The notes beneath the pieces are model-generated. The model searched no databases and was not told the origin of the DNA. It worked only from the letters and a program-made list of their open reading frames with translations. Positions 61,583 through 64,000 of a stretch of DNA of 64,000 nt are shown here, piece after piece. Position 1 is the first letter of the stretch; the number at the start of each line of letters is the position of its first letter. Where the stretch lies: contig OZ252243.1 in NCBI GenBank assembly GCA_965249555.1, positions 1,664,001-1,728,000 on the forward strand. The letters run 5' to 3'. This DNA comes from Nitrosopumilus sp. (GTDB taxonomy: Archaea; Thermoproteota; Nitrososphaeria; Nitrososphaerales; Nitrosopumilaceae). The translations under genes were made by a program, and so were the position numbers.

Positions 61583-62503
61583 TTATACGTGTACTTGCTT
61601 TAAGATGAAATTTGCTAATGCGTCTTCAGCTATTTTATTTTTCATAGTAATTTTTGTTTCAAAGACTTTCATATCTAAACTCTGAATTTTCTTTATGAGT
61701 AGTTTGTCTTTTGTATCTACAATAATATTTGAACAAACATCTGAATACATTTTTGCTAATCCATATGCATTTGATTCAATTCCTGCAGCCTGCATGTATT
61801 TTGCTGCAGGTCCACTAATTGCATTATCTCCAATTAATGGACTAACCGCTACTACTTTTTTCTTTATCTTTGACAACTCTTTTCTAATTCCTTTGATCTG
61901 AAGCATTGGCCCAATTGATGTCAATGGATTACCCGGAGCTAAAATTACCATGTCTGCATCATGTATTGCATTTACTGCTTCTGGATTTGGGCGAGCTTTC
62001 TCTGCTCCAATATACTGAATCCCTTCAATAGGATCTTTTCCTCTATGCTTGACCCAATATTCTTGCAAATGTAATTCTCCTTTGTTTGTGGTTATTCTTG
62101 TTTCAATACTGTTATCTGTAACTGGTATGATATTTGCAGCAACTGCAAATTTTTCACACATCCATTTTGTAATGTCGCTTAGATTTTTTCCATTTTTTAG
62201 CATGTTTGTTCTAATCAAATTTGTTGCAGCATCTCTATCTCCTATTCGAAACCACGTTTCTTCTCCAAAAACTTCCATTTGACGCAAAAAGTTGAATGTG
62301 TCTTTTTTAATTCCCCAACCTCTTTCTTGATCAAGTAAATCTGCTAAACCATAAACAATAGTATCTATGTCTGGGCAAATGTAAAGCCCATAAAGCCAAT
62401 AATTGTCTCCAACATTACTAATTACATTGACTTTTGGTTCATGAGACACTAAACCTCTTACTAGCTTAACTGAACCTGTCCCTCCTGCTAAAATTGTAAT
62501 CAT
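61583..62503 (-). CDS. cofD: 2-phospho-L-lactate transferase
   Basis: LAGGTGS, ICPDIDT, IGDRD, HLQEYWV, NP.TSIGP, SGPA. Confidence 0.95.
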   Translation of the reverse strand: MITILAGGTGSVKLVRGLVSHEPKVNVISNVGDNYWLYGLYICPDIDTIVYGLADLLDQERGWGIKKDTFNFLRQMEVFGEETWFRIGDRDAATNLIRTNMLKNGKNLSDITKWMCEKFAVAANIIPVTDNSIETRITTNKGELHLQEYWVKHRGKDPIEGIQYIGAEKARPNPEAVNAIHDADMVILAPGNPLTSIGPMLQIKGIRKELSKIKKKVVAVSPLIGDNAISGPAAKYMQAAGIESNAYGLAKMYSDVCSNIIVDTKDKLLIKKIQSLDMKVFETKITMKNKIAEDALANFILKQVHV

Positions 62504-62578
62504 ACCATTTTCTCCTAAAACTGCAAAATCTACTTACATCACTCAATATTACTTTTTCAAAAAATACCGATCAATAAT

Positions 62579-63985
62579 GTGGATAAGTTTATTACTTTAA
62601 TATCCATGATTTTTTTCGTGTCTAGGGCTATAATTTTAACAGTTTTACTTGCTGGTCTTATCATTGTAGGTACATCTACTCCTGTATGGGCTGCCCAATT
62701 AGAATCTCGAATTAATCCAAACGAAGTCTCATCTCCATTTAAAATGAATTATCAAAAAACTATCATCATTGGATATCCAAACGGCGGAAATCTATTTGAT
62801 GAATTACGTGGAAAACAATGGACTGTATCTGGAACTGCTGATTTATCAAATCCTGGAGTTAAGGATCTTTTAGCCAAACTTAATTCAAAAATTGTTTCTG
62901 ATGGGAGCCAAGCAAGAATCTCTGACTTGAATGTCTCTTATGATTTTCATCTTAAAGAAATAAATACCAGTACATCTTTTGATTACAAAGTTATCCTCAA
63001 AGGTACATTAACTAATTATGTAATTACAAAAGATACTCAGAGAACCCTAATTGATTTGGGTTGGAGGGGATTATCTGTTGATGGTGAAATTTTAATTGAC
63101 GACATTGATATCAATATCCCATTAAATCTTCTCAAATCCGAAGAACCAGAAGCTTATACTTTCTTTGTTGGAACTGAAGCAGAAGATATTTTTACCACAC
63201 CTCTCATTAATGCAGACTTTATTTTAGAGCAACCAATGACTAATTGGCACTTTTTGTTTGATCCAACTGGAATTACATCTGATGCCGCAACATTTGGAAT
63301 CGATGAAAGCATTGCAGGATATGTCATTTCCAGTTGGACTATGGGTGAAAGCAGTATTAGAGAAGGAATACAAAGTGAAATAGTCGTTGAAGCAGAAATA
63401 ATGTCTGACCAAAAATATGTTGTTAAAAGTGTACAATCAGCTGATCAAGGTAACTTGTCTGCAGTTGGTTTTGGTGCATTAGATACATTAGAAGGACTTG
63501 AAATTGCAGGTATAACTCCAACTCCACCAGAAGGATATGCAACAACTTCAACTGGTGGATTTCCAGTAATGATAGTTTATGGTATGGCTGCAATGGCTGC
63601 TCTTGGAGGAATTGGATTTTTTATTTACAGCAATAGATCACTCAAAAAAGAAGCACAAGGTCAACAAGGAATAGCTCCTGATCACTTAGTGGGTTATGAA
63701 ACCAGCGCATCATCTGGTGGTTATCAAACCAATAGAGGTGAAGCACAATTAAAAGACGATACTAGTTATCAAAAAACTCGAAGTGTTTATGAAGACACTC
63801 AACAACAGAGTCCTCCTCCGCAAGCAGCAACTCCTAGTATGTTAGATCAAGCCTGTGGATGCGAAGCCGATAGCGGCGATCCTGATTATGCATGTGATTG
63901 TGCAATGCAAGGTCATTGTATTTGTAGTGCTGATTGCAAATGTTTAACTGACGTTTGTAAAGAAGCAGTTGGACAATTGTCATAA
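62579..63985 (+). CDS. Membrane-anchored protein with metallothionein-like Cys-rich C-terminus
   Basis: Signal peptide, large ectodomain, TM, tail CGC...CDC...CIC..CKC...C. Confidence 0.8.
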   Translation: MDKFITLISMIFFVSRAIILTVLLAGLIIVGTSTPVWAAQLESRINPNEVSSPFKMNYQKTIIIGYPNGGNLFDELRGKQWTVSGTADLSNPGVKDLLAKLNSKIVSDGSQARISDLNVSYDFHLKEINTSTSFDYKVILKGTLTNYVITKDTQRTLIDLGWRGLSVDGEILIDDIDINIPLNLLKSEEPEAYTFFVGTEAEDIFTTPLINADFILEQPMTNWHFLFDPTGITSDAATFGIDESIAGYVISSWTMGESSIREGIQSEIVVEAEIMSDQKYVVKSVQSADQGNLSAVGFGALDTLEGLEIAGITPTPPEGYATTSTGGFPVMIVYGMAAMAALGGIGFFIYSNRSLKKEAQGQQGIAPDHLVGYETSASSGGYQTNRGEAQLKDDTSYQKTRSVYEDTQQQSPPPQAATPSMLDQACGCEADSGDPDYACDCAMQGHCICSADCKCLTDVCKEAVGQLS

Positions 63986-64000
63986 GATATCTAATTACAA

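Noticed and set aside
4907-63436. Numerous short ORFs antisense to well-supported genes (e.g. 9045-9605, 30073-30711, 41896-42270)
   Set aside because: Codon-bias shadows with no motifs

Overview
AT-rich archaeal DNA whose genes (TBP, TFB, class I LysRS, Elp3, Tsr3, aIF1, Sec61beta, F420 genes cofC/D/G/H) best fit an ammonia-oxidising archaeon of the Nitrosopumilaceae. The main accessory block (about 12.9-28.4 kb) is an extended urease island. It holds ureDGFE/ureABC, a His-rich Ni transporter, a second divergent UreA-like gene, an atypical ureohydrolase, a sodium:solute symporter that does not look like DUR3, two candidate regulators and a His-tailed chaperonin with both catalytic aspartates replaced. 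The ureohydrolase and symporter genes share a 17-bp upstream motif (16/17 identical), each exactly 39 nt before the start codon. This points to a co-regulated route from an imported guanidino compound via urea to ammonia, and is the best candidate for an undescribed system. Also present: an intact IS66 with TIRs and 8-bp TSD, a transposase-less 2-kb defence/TA cassette bounded by 35-bp inverted repeats, a candidate cloverleaf ncRNA, a 32-bp repeat array, a perfect 27-bp coding VNTR, tRNA-Pro, several unannotated microproteins and many pseudogenes (NRAMP-like transporter, FlaF, subtilase, histidine kinases, Doc, GIY-YIG). All family calls are from motif recognition by eye; no database searches were run.
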